A stretch of DNA of 61,268 nt, from the IMG/VR virus record IMGVR_UViG_3300036791_000423, positions 1 through 61,268 of that record; one strand, 5' to 3'. This stretch comes from a virus. Taxonomy: Duplodnaviria; Caudoviricetes. The notes below the pieces were generated by a model. That model was not told the DNA's origin. It ran no database searches and saw nothing but the letters and a program-made list of their open reading frames with translations. A program made the translations under genes and the position numbers. Positions 36,207 to 46,023 of this stretch are shown piece after piece (positions within the stretch are counted from its first letter, which is position 1; every line of letters starts with the position of its first letter).

Positions 36207-37261
36207 GGTGTAGCCATCCTGCCTTCAAGCGCTGTAAGTCTTGCCTCAATGGCAGTCAATCTATCCAACAGCTCATCTACCCATGTAGGTGTCGTGACAG
36301 GTGGTGACGATAGCGCCGCTTCCTGCGGCAGAGTTACGCCTGGAGGTAATGTTACGCCTGGAGGTAGCGGTGGCATTGGCAGATTTGGGATTGACGGGAT
36401 TTGGAAGCCCAACCCTTGGATGATGCTATCTACGTAACCCTTGGTCGTCAGATGCATTGATGACGCTGGCGGAGCAGCGGTCACTTGCTTCATGAAGTAA
36501 CCCATGCCACCAGTAAACTTATCGCCGAAAATCTGGACCAGAGGTCCGCCACCGGCTTGAGGAGAAGCACTGCCGCCGCTGCTTTCTGGAGGCTGAAAGC
36601 TATGCGTGCCGGTCTTATAATTGATGGTCTGATCATGAACCAAATTATGTGCATTCTTGGTCATCTCCAGATATTGCTTACTGGATTTATCGTAGCGCTT
36701 TTTCTGGCCCATCGATGATTGACCGCCACTACCACCACTGCCGCTACCTCCACCACCACTAGCAGCAGTGGCTTGAGCACTGGGAGCGCCGCTACTTGAC
36801 GACGAGGATTGATCCTGTGGCGGATCGACCAACTGAACTTTGATCTTTTTGTCAGTGCGACCAGTAGTAAAGATACCATCATTATTCATATGAAGCTGAT
36901 GCTGAAGGTAATCGAACATCGAGACATCGCCCTTCTCCAGTTCTTTCAACCTAAAGCGACGATCATCCATATTTCCAAACACTGGGAAGCTCCGATTGCC
37001 TCCCATAAAACTAACGAAGGTCTCGGCGCTCTGTTGGATTTTTCCATCCGCGCCCTTGACTGCATCCCTCACCACGCTGGTAAAACCGTAGTTCTGCGGT
37101 GACTCGATCTTCTCTCTGGCCTCATTGGCCATGAAATTACCCTTGCTCTCTTGCATGAGCTGGGTATCGTCAACCTCTGGAACGGTGACCCGTGCACCTC
37201 CGGCTACGTATGATCGAAACGAAGAGTTGAGTGGCGTTGCCCTGTGCATTTTTTTCCTCAC
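36203..37261 (-). CDS. baseplate spike/assembly protein, Mu gp45-like
   Basis: E.PQNYGFTS, GGNRS....DDRRFRL..L..G.V; low-complexity C-terminus. Confidence 0.8.
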   Translation of the reverse strand: MRKKMHRATPLNSSFRSYVAGGARVTVPEVDDTQLMQESKGNFMANEAREKIESPQNYGFTSVVRDAVKGADGKIQQSAETFVSFMGGNRSFPVFGNMDDRRFRLKELEKGDVSMFDYLQHQLHMNNDGIFTTGRTDKKIKVQLVDPPQDQSSSSSSGAPSAQATAASGGGGSGSGGSGGQSSMGQKKRYDKSSKQYLEMTKNAHNLVHDQTINYKTGTHSFQPPESSGGSASPQAGGGPLVQIFGDKFTGGMGYFMKQVTAAPPASSMHLTTKGYVDSIIQGLGFQIPSIPNLPMPPLPPGVTLPPGVTLPQEAALSSPPVTTPTWVDELLDRLTAIEARLTALEGRMATP

Positions 37262-38505
37262 TCGACTGCTGGAATATTTTGACCGGGAAGTACCTGACCG
37301 GGCATCATGTATGGAATGGACGGGTCTGGACTACCCACATTCATTGGCGCATTGTCCTTCAGCGCCCAAGGTTGTTTGAGGTCTAATTGGGTCTGAGTGC
37401 CAGAATTGTTATCCTGTGTAAACGTGACCGTCTGGATTTTCATCATCATGTTCAACGGACACATCGGAGAATAAACAAACACATTGTCTCCTGGCCACCA
37501 TAAATTTATATCATCCCTGAACCATCCCTGCACAATGATAGTAACATCGATCTGAGGTCCTTCGCGCCAAAGTGCCTCGTTCTTTGCTCTATCGCAAACC
37601 TCTTGCTGAGTCTTTACTGGCTGTTCCGACGGAGTAATCAACAAACTACCTGCATAGCCGGTGCCGCCCCAAGAACACTCTAGCTCACTAGCCGCTGTGC
37701 CTATCACACCGTTGCTACCGCCAGCCGTCTGAGCGACCACCTTGTATTGATTATAAACTTCTTCCTTATGAAATACGCATTGGCATTTCTTGATGTTCTC
37801 TCCCTCGATCAATTGAGTATTGATGATCGGCATATGATGATCGCCGATCCCCAAAAAATTTCCCCAACTGTCCGAGCCCAAGATAATCCCTCGAGGTCTA
37901 GCTGTTCGCTCAAGAAAATCATGGATGGTCTCTCCCGGTTGGTTCTGAAGCTTGTCAAACGGAATACTGTTTAAACTGCCAACGGGAATGATCTGCGTAT
38001 CATATGGACTGACCACTTTCTGTGCCACTTGCAACCATGTCATACCATCAAAGCTACCGCTCTTGGTATTAACGCTGCTCCTGGCTATCGGTGCCGTCCA
38101 GCTTTTACCTTGGAGCTCGATGCCATGCTGATTCGCATCATACGAAACTTGTCTAGTCTCTATGTAGCCTCTCAAGATATTTACGCCGCCCAAATTGATC
38201 TGACAAATCGATCCGGGCATAAACTGCTTGTAAACGTAGGTTCTATATGCTCCTCCTGGGCCAGTCGGGGTATCCCGCTCTACACTAGTAAATCGGAAGT
38301 ATGACCAACTATCATGCCAGCGAAGTTGAACGAACACGCTCTCCCAATCTTGAAAATCAGTTCCATCCACAATCAATGTGGCCTGCTCATATGGTACTCT
38401 TGAATTAGGATCGCGAGTTGGGATCGAATATTGATTGTCGGCCGGTTCCTGCTGGCTCGGCGTACGGTTTGGCGAGACATATAATCGCCCTCCATCACCC
38501 ATCAT
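37258..38505 (-). CDS. baseplate hub protein, Mu gpP/gp44-like
   Basis: QPGET..DFLER.AR.RG..L..D..G, V.GW......W.PG; synteny. Confidence 0.8.
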   Translation of the reverse strand: MMGDGGRLYVSPNRTPSQQEPADNQYSIPTRDPNSRVPYEQATLIVDGTDFQDWESVFVQLRWHDSWSYFRFTSVERDTPTGPGGAYRTYVYKQFMPGSICQINLGGVNILRGYIETRQVSYDANQHGIELQGKSWTAPIARSSVNTKSGSFDGMTWLQVAQKVVSPYDTQIIPVGSLNSIPFDKLQNQPGETIHDFLERTARPRGIILGSDSWGNFLGIGDHHMPIINTQLIEGENIKKCQCVFHKEEVYNQYKVVAQTAGGSNGVIGTAASELECSWGGTGYAGSLLITPSEQPVKTQQEVCDRAKNEALWREGPQIDVTIIVQGWFRDDINLWWPGDNVFVYSPMCPLNMMMKIQTVTFTQDNNSGTQTQLDLKQPWALKDNAPMNVGSPDPSIPYMMPGQVLPGQNIPAVE

Positions 38506-38513
38506 TCTTCTCC

Positions 38514-39182
38514 TTAAGCCGAAAGGGCTTGACCAGTTACTGGACAAAACGCCGGATGAACAATCTTATTTTCTTGTCGTATCTCATCATAGCGACTTGC
38601 ATCTCCATAGAGTCGATGAGAGATGACCAGACTCGGTAATGGTTTAGCGAATTGATATGTCAACATGCTTGGCAAAGGTCTGGCTGTAGATACTAGATAA
38701 TTGACAATCGCCGCCCTAAGCTCAATGATACCTTGGTAATCCATTTGATCCATGGTATCCGCAGCTACTTCTTCGGCCTTGTTAAACGGGTCTTGAATTT
38801 GATAAATCAAGTCATCCACGTCTTGACGACTAACAAAAGTCATATTCGAAATTATCTTGCCTTCTTGACACAGAGCAAAATTGATGCTGCGATCCCTGAC
38901 CATGGTAGCGCCAAGCGTTACAGGTGTCTCAACATCTAATAATACTCTAACCTCATCCATATGCGGGAGATCACAACCGGCTTGCCGAACCTGATCGAAG
39001 CAAGCATCCAATGGAGTACCCAATTGATCGTAATAAAGCAACATCAGCGCATTCGCAGCCACCCAACCAATCATCATGGTAGCCTGAATGCCAGCTTGTT
39101 GCTTATCTACAATGCATCCAAGCAAGTTGGCCAGCAAACGCTGAACAATCCCCTCGGCCTCGATGGCATCAGGCTTATCCAT
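38514..39182 (-). CDS. Mu-like tail protein (C-terminal half of the DNA circularisation protein family)
   Basis: LPSLV...RLYGDASR.DEI...N...HP.F.P. Confidence 0.7.
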   Translation of the reverse strand: MDKPDAIEAEGIVQRLLANLLGCIVDKQQAGIQATMMIGWVAANALMLLYYDQLGTPLDACFDQVRQAGCDLPHMDEVRVLLDVETPVTLGATMVRDRSINFALCQEGKIISNMTFVSRQDVDDLIYQIQDPFNKAEEVAADTMDQMDYQGIIELRAAIVNYLVSTARPLPSMLTYQFAKPLPSLVISHRLYGDASRYDEIRQENKIVHPAFCPVTGQALSA

Positions 39183-39787
39183 TATCTCCTCACGCGCATG
39201 GTCTTTTGTTGAGTTGGAAAACGATTTGCGAACGTACTGTTCTCCGCCGGAGGATCAGGTCCAGCTAATCCGGCCTGCGTCTGTTGTCGCAATGTATCCG
39301 CCGCGCTGTTTAACACGGTGTTTGTGTTTTGCGATGGCGTAAGATATTGTGGCGGCAAACCAAACTCAGAAAATTCTATATCGAATGTGCAGTAGCCACC
39401 GAACCTTTCTTCTTCTGTCAATCTATATCTCGTGACAACAACGTTCTCAGACGGTCTAGTAGAAAGAATCAAGGTACCGGGTCCGGGTTGCTCCAGCGCA
39501 GTGATCAATGCATTTCTGGTGACCCGATAATCTACGTTATATAATCCATCCAAAAACGGACCTTCCATGGTGAATGGATGCGTGATGCAATAAACCCGCA
39601 GCGTAAATGTCTTGGCCTTCCTCCCCATGTCCTCGGCATAAGGCAACTCTTTCTTTGGAAATTCGTGCTCAACAATCCTGCGACCGCTATCCCTGCTATT
39701 GGCTTCGCAGAAAAACGGTGCATTCCTAAATGAAGCTGTGACCCAATCATCGCGAAATGGAAGATGGATATCTTTGATTGTGCTCAT
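39182..39787 (-). CDS. Mu-like DNA circularisation N-terminal domain protein
   Basis: ASFR..PF......GRR...HEFP.....EDMGR. Confidence 0.85.
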   Translation of the reverse strand: MSTIKDIHLPFRDDWVTASFRNAPFFCEANSRDSGRRIVEHEFPKKELPYAEDMGRKAKTFTLRVYCITHPFTMEGPFLDGLYNVDYRVTRNALITALEQPGPGTLILSTRPSENVVVTRYRLTEEERFGGYCTFDIEFSEFGLPPQYLTPSQNTNTVLNSAADTLRQQTQAGLAGPDPPAENSTFANRFPTQQKTMRVRR

Positions 39788-42255
39788 GGGGCAATTGCCG
39801 TATCTTTGACGTTACTGGTACTGGGACCTGTCGCAGCAGTAACCATCTGAGTCTGGCGCTCCGGAGCAGTTGGCTTAAACAGCTTCTCACTACCGAGCGT
39901 GGCATCACTTCCGGCACTGGCAACATTTACCTTTACGCTACCAGTCGCATCAACCTTTACCGTCTTAATCGATTTGCGATCGACTGTAGCTCTATTGGCT
40001 TCCGCAGCAGCAGCCGCCTTTGGATCGGCGGTAGCATCCGCTTTTTCGAGCTCAGCTTGTCGCGCCTTTCTCCATTCCACTGAACCGGGATAACCCCAAT
40101 CATTAAACCGTTCTTTATTGATATTGACACCGATCCCACCGGCTTCATAATTCGGGTCACCCTTGCTGCCTTGATCTGTATAGCTCTTGATTGTATTGGC
40201 ACCGCCAAGCGCTGAGTCGATCCGCTTGTTCATCTCCGCGGCATATTTCGGATCGTTCATCTTCTGGAGGTGTTCCCCAATGTACCCATGCTTGATCGGG
40301 CCATAGAAGCTGTGACCATAAGTGCCCATCATCTGCTTGAGCGTAAGTGGCTTCAGTCCTCGCTTGGCCCGAGAGGCGTTCACCAACTCTGTCCGATTCA
40401 TCAGGCTCTCTGCAACCGCAGAACCAGCTCCAACATTTTCCGAGCTGATCACAGCACCAAGTAACTTGCGGGTCTCTGGGTCCTTCAGCTCCTCTTTAAA
40501 TCCGGCTCGCTTCCTGGCCAGCAAGGCGGCGGCTCCCTCACCTTGAACTGCATCAGTACCACCACCGCCAGTCCCCTCTCCAAATTTTTGAGCCATATTG
40601 GCAGCGGTCGCCTCTGGAGTTGTAGCGCCAAGCACTCCTCTGGCCCTCGCGCCCTTGGTGAAGGTGTCCAGCTCGGGAGCGTTTAGAGGAGCACGACCAC
40701 CGCCTGGTGCCGCAGGACCGCCACCAGCAGCGCCGCCTCCGGATGGCTGCGCTGCGCCACCGCCAGCACCCTCTCCTTCACCACCGCCACCACCTCCGCC
40801 GCCCCCTCCACCGCCGCCTCCACCGCCGCCTCCTCCACCGCCACCGCCACCGCCACCACCATTCATGCTTTGCGGCGCTGTGCCCTGCGATGCGATATTA
40901 CCACCGCCTCCGCCATCACCACCTGGAGTCGTACCGCCTCCCCTTGCTCCTGGAGCTTCGATACCAAGTTGCTGGGCCGCGAGATAATCGTTTAATCTCT
41001 TTAGCTGACCGGTGTTGTCCCTCATAATATCAGTATGAGTATCAGTAGTATCTTCCATCGTTGATAACAAATGAGTTGCGCCTCCAACGGCCGCAGCTCC
41101 AGCCTTGCCACCCTTCGCTTCTGGAATATCACCCAATCCAAGTTGATCAGCCAGACCCTTTTGACCATATTTCTTAAGAGCCTCTGCGGTCAAAGGAGAT
41201 TTACCGATTGGCCCCGATACCTCTTCTGGATGTTCTTTTCCAAAGAAATAACGATCTATGCCAGATAAAGTTTTACCAACATAGGGTATCTCACTTTCTC
41301 TTTTGAGTATTCTCTCTTCAGTTTCTCCGCCTTGAGTAGCCCCATGCAAAAATTTTACTAACCGAATAATTTCGTGAAGACCTTCTACAATCAAGCCATC
41401 CGGAGCCAGCGCGGAAGTCTTGATATCTTCCATCCAACTATCCCACTCCTGTTTCAGAATAGTGGTCTGCTTATAGTAGTCAGCAGTTGCCGCAGAACGC
41501 TCGGTCATCAATCTCTTTTCTTCGTCACTGACCTCATGCAGATGTTGGATTAAAGCAAATGTCGGATCAATCCCCCACGCAGCCAAATATTCTTTAGTAA
41601 ACTCGGTCGCGTCAACAACATTATTGTTGGTCTCCTTTAAGCGATTGTTGTAGACGTTTTGCGCCTGAGCTAAAACTTCGTTGATCCTAGAGACCTCCGT
41701 ACGCTGATAGAGAATCGTCTGGATACCAGCTTCCATTTCCCTGCCATAGTGTCCAGCATCTTGCACAAGCTTAAAGTGCTCTGCACTACCGACACGGCCC
41801 ATCTTGGCATAGGCATCATTAAACTTGGCTACGTTTTGATCAGCCTGATCCGCACCCACTCCGATTTGAGCCAATTGCTCTTCTATACTTTTCAATACGG
41901 CCGGATGGACACCAATCACTTTCGCCTTGTTATTGAGCTCCACGATCTTGCTGGAAAATTCATTCAGACCTTTAATCCCTTCGGCCAAGACTAAGCTAAA
42001 TGCAGACACTGCTGCACCGGCCAATCCGAATTTACCGATGAAGCCAATCATGGCCTTTTCGCCACCAGTGACGAGCTCTTGCATCTCCTTTATCTGCTTG
42101 GCCATCTCATTGTGGCTTCGCTTGAAGCGCTCGATATGGCCTTGAGTAGCTCCGCCGCTCAATTGCTCGGATGCTTGGCGCAATTTTTCTATGCCACCGG
42201 ACGCATTGTCCGTTAGCGTGATGACAAGCCTTAGTTCTTCAACTTCAGTTGGCAT
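39784..42255 (-). CDS. tape-measure-like protein 2 with poly-Gly linker and SleB/Hydrolase_2-like domain
   Basis: Position after the chaperone; helical N-terminus; LLGAVISSEN..AGSAVAESLMNR. Confidence 0.65.
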   Translation of the reverse strand: MPTEVEELRLVITLTDNASGGIEKLRQASEQLSGGATQGHIERFKRSHNEMAKQIKEMQELVTGGEKAMIGFIGKFGLAGAAVSAFSLVLAEGIKGLNEFSSKIVELNNKAKVIGVHPAVLKSIEEQLAQIGVGADQADQNVAKFNDAYAKMGRVGSAEHFKLVQDAGHYGREMEAGIQTILYQRTEVSRINEVLAQAQNVYNNRLKETNNNVVDATEFTKEYLAAWGIDPTFALIQHLHEVSDEEKRLMTERSAATADYYKQTTILKQEWDSWMEDIKTSALAPDGLIVEGLHEIIRLVKFLHGATQGGETEERILKRESEIPYVGKTLSGIDRYFFGKEHPEEVSGPIGKSPLTAEALKKYGQKGLADQLGLGDIPEAKGGKAGAAAVGGATHLLSTMEDTTDTHTDIMRDNTGQLKRLNDYLAAQQLGIEAPGARGGGTTPGGDGGGGGNIASQGTAPQSMNGGGGGGGGGGGGGGGGGGGGGGGGGGGEGEGAGGGAAQPSGGGAAGGGPAAPGGGRAPLNAPELDTFTKGARARGVLGATTPEATAANMAQKFGEGTGGGGTDAVQGEGAAALLARKRAGFKEELKDPETRKLLGAVISSENVGAGSAVAESLMNRTELVNASRAKRGLKPLTLKQMMGTYGHSFYGPIKHGYIGEHLQKMNDPKYAAEMNKRIDSALGGANTIKSYTDQGSKGDPNYEAGGIGVNINKERFNDWGYPGSVEWRKARQAELEKADATADPKAAAAAEANRATVDRKSIKTVKVDATGSVKVNVASAGSDATLGSEKLFKPTAPERQTQMVTAATGPSTSNVKDTAIAP
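40781..40860 (-). repeat. GGN microsatellite-like tract encoding poly-glycine
   Basis: Run of CCA/CCG/CCT/CCC triplets on the + strand. Confidence 0.85.
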
Positions 42256-44567
42256 TATTGCAACGGCATTGTTCTATTGGTTTCAGTTTTATTAAACGCT
42301 CCTCCGCCCTCGACCTTGACTTCCGAGCCAGCCGGAGCGTTTACGTCTGCGGTCAACTTGCCGCCAGTCTCAACCTTTACTGTTCTGACTTGCTTATCCG
42401 CTGAGGCTTGGTCAATGGTCTTGCGATCATCATCGTTCGCTGGCTTTACAATCTCGTGGCGAATTTGATACTCACCCGGACGACTACCTATACGGAGTGG
42501 AATGCTTGTGATAACATCACGACCATATTGGCCAACGCCGGATACTCCTTGTTTGCCTTGGTTGACTCCTACGCCACGAAATCCGATGACCTTGCCACTA
42601 TCGTCGGTGATAGGAACGGCAGACGTGACGTGAGCTCCAGTAGACCCAGTGCTAGTACCCTGCTTGACCGCAATATTAATCGCATTAGGATCGGCGGAAT
42701 ATCCAGCACCTTGCACGCCACCAAACGTATTCCAATTCGAAGCAACGGCTGGATTTTTAGGCGGTACTCCTCCATGTTCCTTAACCACTGATGACATGAA
42801 TTGCCCGCACGTCGCCTCGCTAAGATTGATCCCATGTTGAAGCATATAAGCGTGAATGTTGTGCGGCTTGGCACCGGCTAAAGTCATAGCCGTAAGATCA
42901 GATACAAAGCGCTGTGGAACAGAAGTTGATGCACTAGCCGGATTGGATTGTTCAACTGGACTGGCGCTGCTCTCCTCACTTGTCCCTCCTCCCTTCGCAG
43001 TAGTCGGAGGGCTGTCTCCAGCTCCCTTCCCATCTCCACTACCAACATCACTGCCATTTGGCGCGGTCGGAGCCGGAGCAGTCCAACCACTAGTCGCTCC
43101 GCCACCTCCATACGTTCCTCCGGCAATATTCCTTCCACCACTATCGAATCCTGGAAGACCGCCAAGACCTTTCAGTACGGCTTCTCCTCGATCAAGTAAC
43201 TTGAAATTATCATTCAGTCTTTTTGTTTCTGCAGTATTGGCCTTGATGAAATCTACATATTCGTCGCCCTGTCTTAAACTGTTATCGACTTGTCTACGAT
43301 CTTCTATGTCATTGGATTTCCGCATCCACTCCCAGCCCTTGCTGATGCCAGGAATTTGGTCATCTCCGGTATAGCTACCCATTGGTCCAGAAAGCAGACC
43401 AGCCGGTTTCGAATAATTCGGAGCAGCTCTCTCGATACCAAGCTTCTTGAGCTTTTCTGCAAAGTCTCCTTGTGCATTTGGAGCTTGGGTCTGACCAAAC
43501 CTTTGCCCAAAGGTTGCACCCGGTTCATCGGTGATCTGATTATGATAACCAAGTGCGCCTCTGACTAAATCAAATGCAGTTGGAACAACTCCTCTAGTGA
43601 TTAAAGATTTGATCGTGCGACCAGCAGTACCGACCCATGGTTGATTCCAAATCTCGTGTAGCTCCTTGACCAGATCAGTTGCCATCTTCAGACCAGTGAC
43701 AATTGCTCCATCCGAGGTCAACATGCTGGCCTTAATGTCATCCATCCAGCTATCCCACTCTTGACCAAGAATGGTGACTTGCTTCTTATAGTCTTTCGTT
43801 ACCTTATCGCGTTCTTCTTGTCGCTTCTTCTCTTCCTCTGTTACTCTCTCAATATTTTCAAGTGTTCTCATTGATGGATCAAGACCCCAAAGCTTCAAAT
43901 AGTCATTGACGCTCTTGGTCGCATCCGCAACGTTACCCTTGGTTTCAGCCAATCTATTATCATATACATTTTGAGCTTGAATCATAATTACATTTAACTT
44001 ACCAGCCCAAGTCGTCTGAGCTTCTACGCGTTCTATACCTTTCTCCATCACCTGACCGAACTGACCAGCGGCTTCGACCATCTCCATTCGCTTAGTGCCA
44101 CCGATCCGATTTATTTCGGCGATCGTAGTGGAAAAGCCTGCCATGCTTTGCTCGACCACTCCAGCAGAAATACCAAGCTTCTCGTACTGCTCGATGATGC
44201 TTTTTAACTCTGCCGGATGCATTCCGATGACCTTGGCCTTATTGGTCAAGTCAACGACCTTATCGGCAAACTCTTTTAGATTACCCAAACCCAGCAGAAT
44301 CGTTGCAGCAAATCCAGACATAGCAGCACCGGCAGCTCCGAACTTGCCGATGTAACCGATCATTGCTTCGCCACCACCAGTAGCGAGTTCGCCTAACTCC
44401 TTGACTTGTTTTCCTAGCTCTGCCTGTTCTTCTTTAAGCTTCTCCATCGCTCGCTTGCCCGAGCCCTCAGAGAGTTGGCCAAGTTGTTCTTTAATTTTGC
44501 CAATACCCTCGGAAGCCTCATTGATCAGGCTAACGCGAAGCTGTAGCTCTTGAAGCTCAGTAGGCAA
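42255..44567 (-). CDS. tape-measure-like protein 1 with CHAP/NlpC-like domain
   Basis: Paralogous N-terminus to 39784-42255; CGQFM...ASNW..FG...GAHV...GVNQG. Confidence 0.65.
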   Translation of the reverse strand: MPTELQELQLRVSLINEASEGIGKIKEQLGQLSEGSGKRAMEKLKEEQAELGKQVKELGELATGGGEAMIGYIGKFGAAGAAMSGFAATILLGLGNLKEFADKVVDLTNKAKVIGMHPAELKSIIEQYEKLGISAGVVEQSMAGFSTTIAEINRIGGTKRMEMVEAAGQFGQVMEKGIERVEAQTTWAGKLNVIMIQAQNVYDNRLAETKGNVADATKSVNDYLKLWGLDPSMRTLENIERVTEEEKKRQEERDKVTKDYKKQVTILGQEWDSWMDDIKASMLTSDGAIVTGLKMATDLVKELHEIWNQPWVGTAGRTIKSLITRGVVPTAFDLVRGALGYHNQITDEPGATFGQRFGQTQAPNAQGDFAEKLKKLGIERAAPNYSKPAGLLSGPMGSYTGDDQIPGISKGWEWMRKSNDIEDRRQVDNSLRQGDEYVDFIKANTAETKRLNDNFKLLDRGEAVLKGLGGLPGFDSGGRNIAGGTYGGGGATSGWTAPAPTAPNGSDVGSGDGKGAGDSPPTTAKGGGTSEESSASPVEQSNPASASTSVPQRFVSDLTAMTLAGAKPHNIHAYMLQHGINLSEATCGQFMSSVVKEHGGVPPKNPAVASNWNTFGGVQGAGYSADPNAINIAVKQGTSTGSTGAHVTSAVPITDDSGKVIGFRGVGVNQGKQGVSGVGQYGRDVITSIPLRIGSRPGEYQIRHEIVKPANDDDRKTIDQASADKQVRTVKVETGGKLTADVNAPAGSEVKVEGGGAFNKTETNRTMPLQ

Positions 44568-44570
44568 AAT

Positions 44571-44764
44571 TTAGTCTCCGCTTTCAATAGCGCGCGTCCT
44601 CTCGAGCTGAGCGGTCCTACTTAAATGAAGCCTGACCTCGCTGATAGACATCTCGAGGAACATCCGAGGATCAAGATGGTAATAACTAGCCAATCGATAG
44701 CAATCAATGATCATGCTGTCGTCGATGACGGTAGTTACCACGCCCGCAGATCGGGTAAAAAAAA
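44571..44764 (-). CDS. -1 frame extension of the tail assembly chaperone (G/GT-type)
   Basis: Open -1 frame entered at the T8 run 44757-44764. Confidence 0.7.
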
Positions 44765-45238
44765 CTTGCGTAAACGATAGGCGCAACTATTCCAGTCACG
44801 CGGGTCCATCGCCTCAAGCAGAGGCGGAAGGATGCCACAAAGCGCACCCATGATGTAGGTCATCTTGCGCTCCTCGATGATGATCTCACCATCCCAGAGC
44901 ATACGAGTTGGATTGCCAATCCGGTTGATCTCACTGGCGCGAGGCTCCCTGAAAGTCAGGTTCCAGACCTCCTCGCCCTTGTCGTTCTTTACCGGGCGAT
45001 AAAGCAACTGGACCGTGATCGGCCAATCCTCCGCGCTGTCCCTGATGTCCTTTCTGATTCGTTCCGTCTCGCTGACCACAGGCTCTGGCTTAGGAGCTTC
45101 TGGCTTGATTTGCGAGGGAAGCGGTTCCTGAGGAGCGGCCGAAAGCGGCTCACCAGAAAGCGGTTGAGGTATATCAGGAGAAGTCGGCATGATAAAGCCT
45201 TCCCTGATTGGACCATTAGTCCTTGGTTGTTCTGCCAT
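44735..45238 (-). CDS. tail assembly chaperone (Mu gp41-like)
   Basis: LTFREP...MDPRDW...FFL; between tube and tape measure. Confidence 0.8.
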   Translation of the reverse strand: MAEQPRTNGPIREGFIMPTSPDIPQPLSGEPLSAAPQEPLPSQIKPEAPKPEPVVSETERIRKDIRDSAEDWPITVQLLYRPVKNDKGEEVWNLTFREPRASEINRIGNPTRMLWDGEIIIEERKMTYIMGALCGILPPLLEAMDPRDWNSCAYRLRKFFLPDLRAW

Positions 45239-45246
45239 ATGTCACC

Positions 45247-45615
45247 TCATGCGATCGAAATTTCCTGGCAGGCCAAGCCCTCCCAGCGGACTCTGACTTG
45301 ACCGTCTCGAGTATTATTCTCGAATCCGGCCTTACATGTCCCACCAGTGAGCGTGTACTGCATACCGTTTGCCAATTGGGCAATCACTGTCACATCCGTC
45401 TCTGCCTCGAGGTCCTCGAGGAGAAGACCTGGAACAGTGGATAGGTCTCCCTCTATGTACGGAACTCGCGGTAATTCTTGATAGCCGTGAACGCCATCTT
45501 GACCGGCGATCATGGTGCGCTCAACTGCGCTTGGACTTACGGTAAAATTACCACGGAGGGCCAACTGAGTGCCATCCACGGTTAGAAATGCGATGCCAGC
45601 AAATCGCTGTGCCAT
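45247..45615 (-). CDS. tail tube protein (Mu gpM-like)
   Basis: AG.AF..VDG, GQDGVHGY.E.P..PYIE, LANG..Y. Confidence 0.85.
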   Translation of the reverse strand: MAQRFAGIAFLTVDGTQLALRGNFTVSPSAVERTMIAGQDGVHGYQELPRVPYIEGDLSTVPGLLLEDLEAETDVTVIAQLANGMQYTLTGGTCKAGFENNTRDGQVRVRWEGLACQEISIA

Positions 45616-45651
45616 AGTCTAGGTCTCCTTTCTTTGAAGTTGATCGAAGTG

Positions 45652-45996
45652 TCAATCCGTCTCGATCGCTATCGCGAATTTGCATGGGTCTGGACTCTGC
45701 TTGGTCGCGGCCGATCGTTTACCCGACCTGAACTTGATATATGGAAGCGACTTCACCCAGTTATCTTGTAAGACAATCCCAGTATCAGGATGAGCCACGA
45801 TCTCGATTTCATTGCCCTGTGCGTCGTAAAGATCATTGAACATCTTGCCATCGGTCGAGACCTGAAACGTCAGAGTCTGCCCGCTAAACTCATGCGGTAC
45901 GGTGATTCGGATCATCTTTCCGGAGGCACAATTAGCTGCATCCGAAAGAGACTCACCAGCAAGGATGGTTGGTCCATCTACGATAGCGAAAGGCAT
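45652..45996 (-). CDS. hypothetical protein between sheath and tube
   Basis: AAGGGAG RBS; beta-rich. Confidence 0.65.
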   Translation of the reverse strand: MPFAIVDGPTILAGESLSDAANCASGKMIRITVPHEFSGQTLTFQVSTDGKMFNDLYDAQGNEIEIVAHPDTGIVLQDNWVKSLPYIKFRSGKRSAATKQSPDPCKFAIAIETD

Positions 45997-46023
45997 AGGT
46001 TCATCTCCCTTGATTTAGAAATT

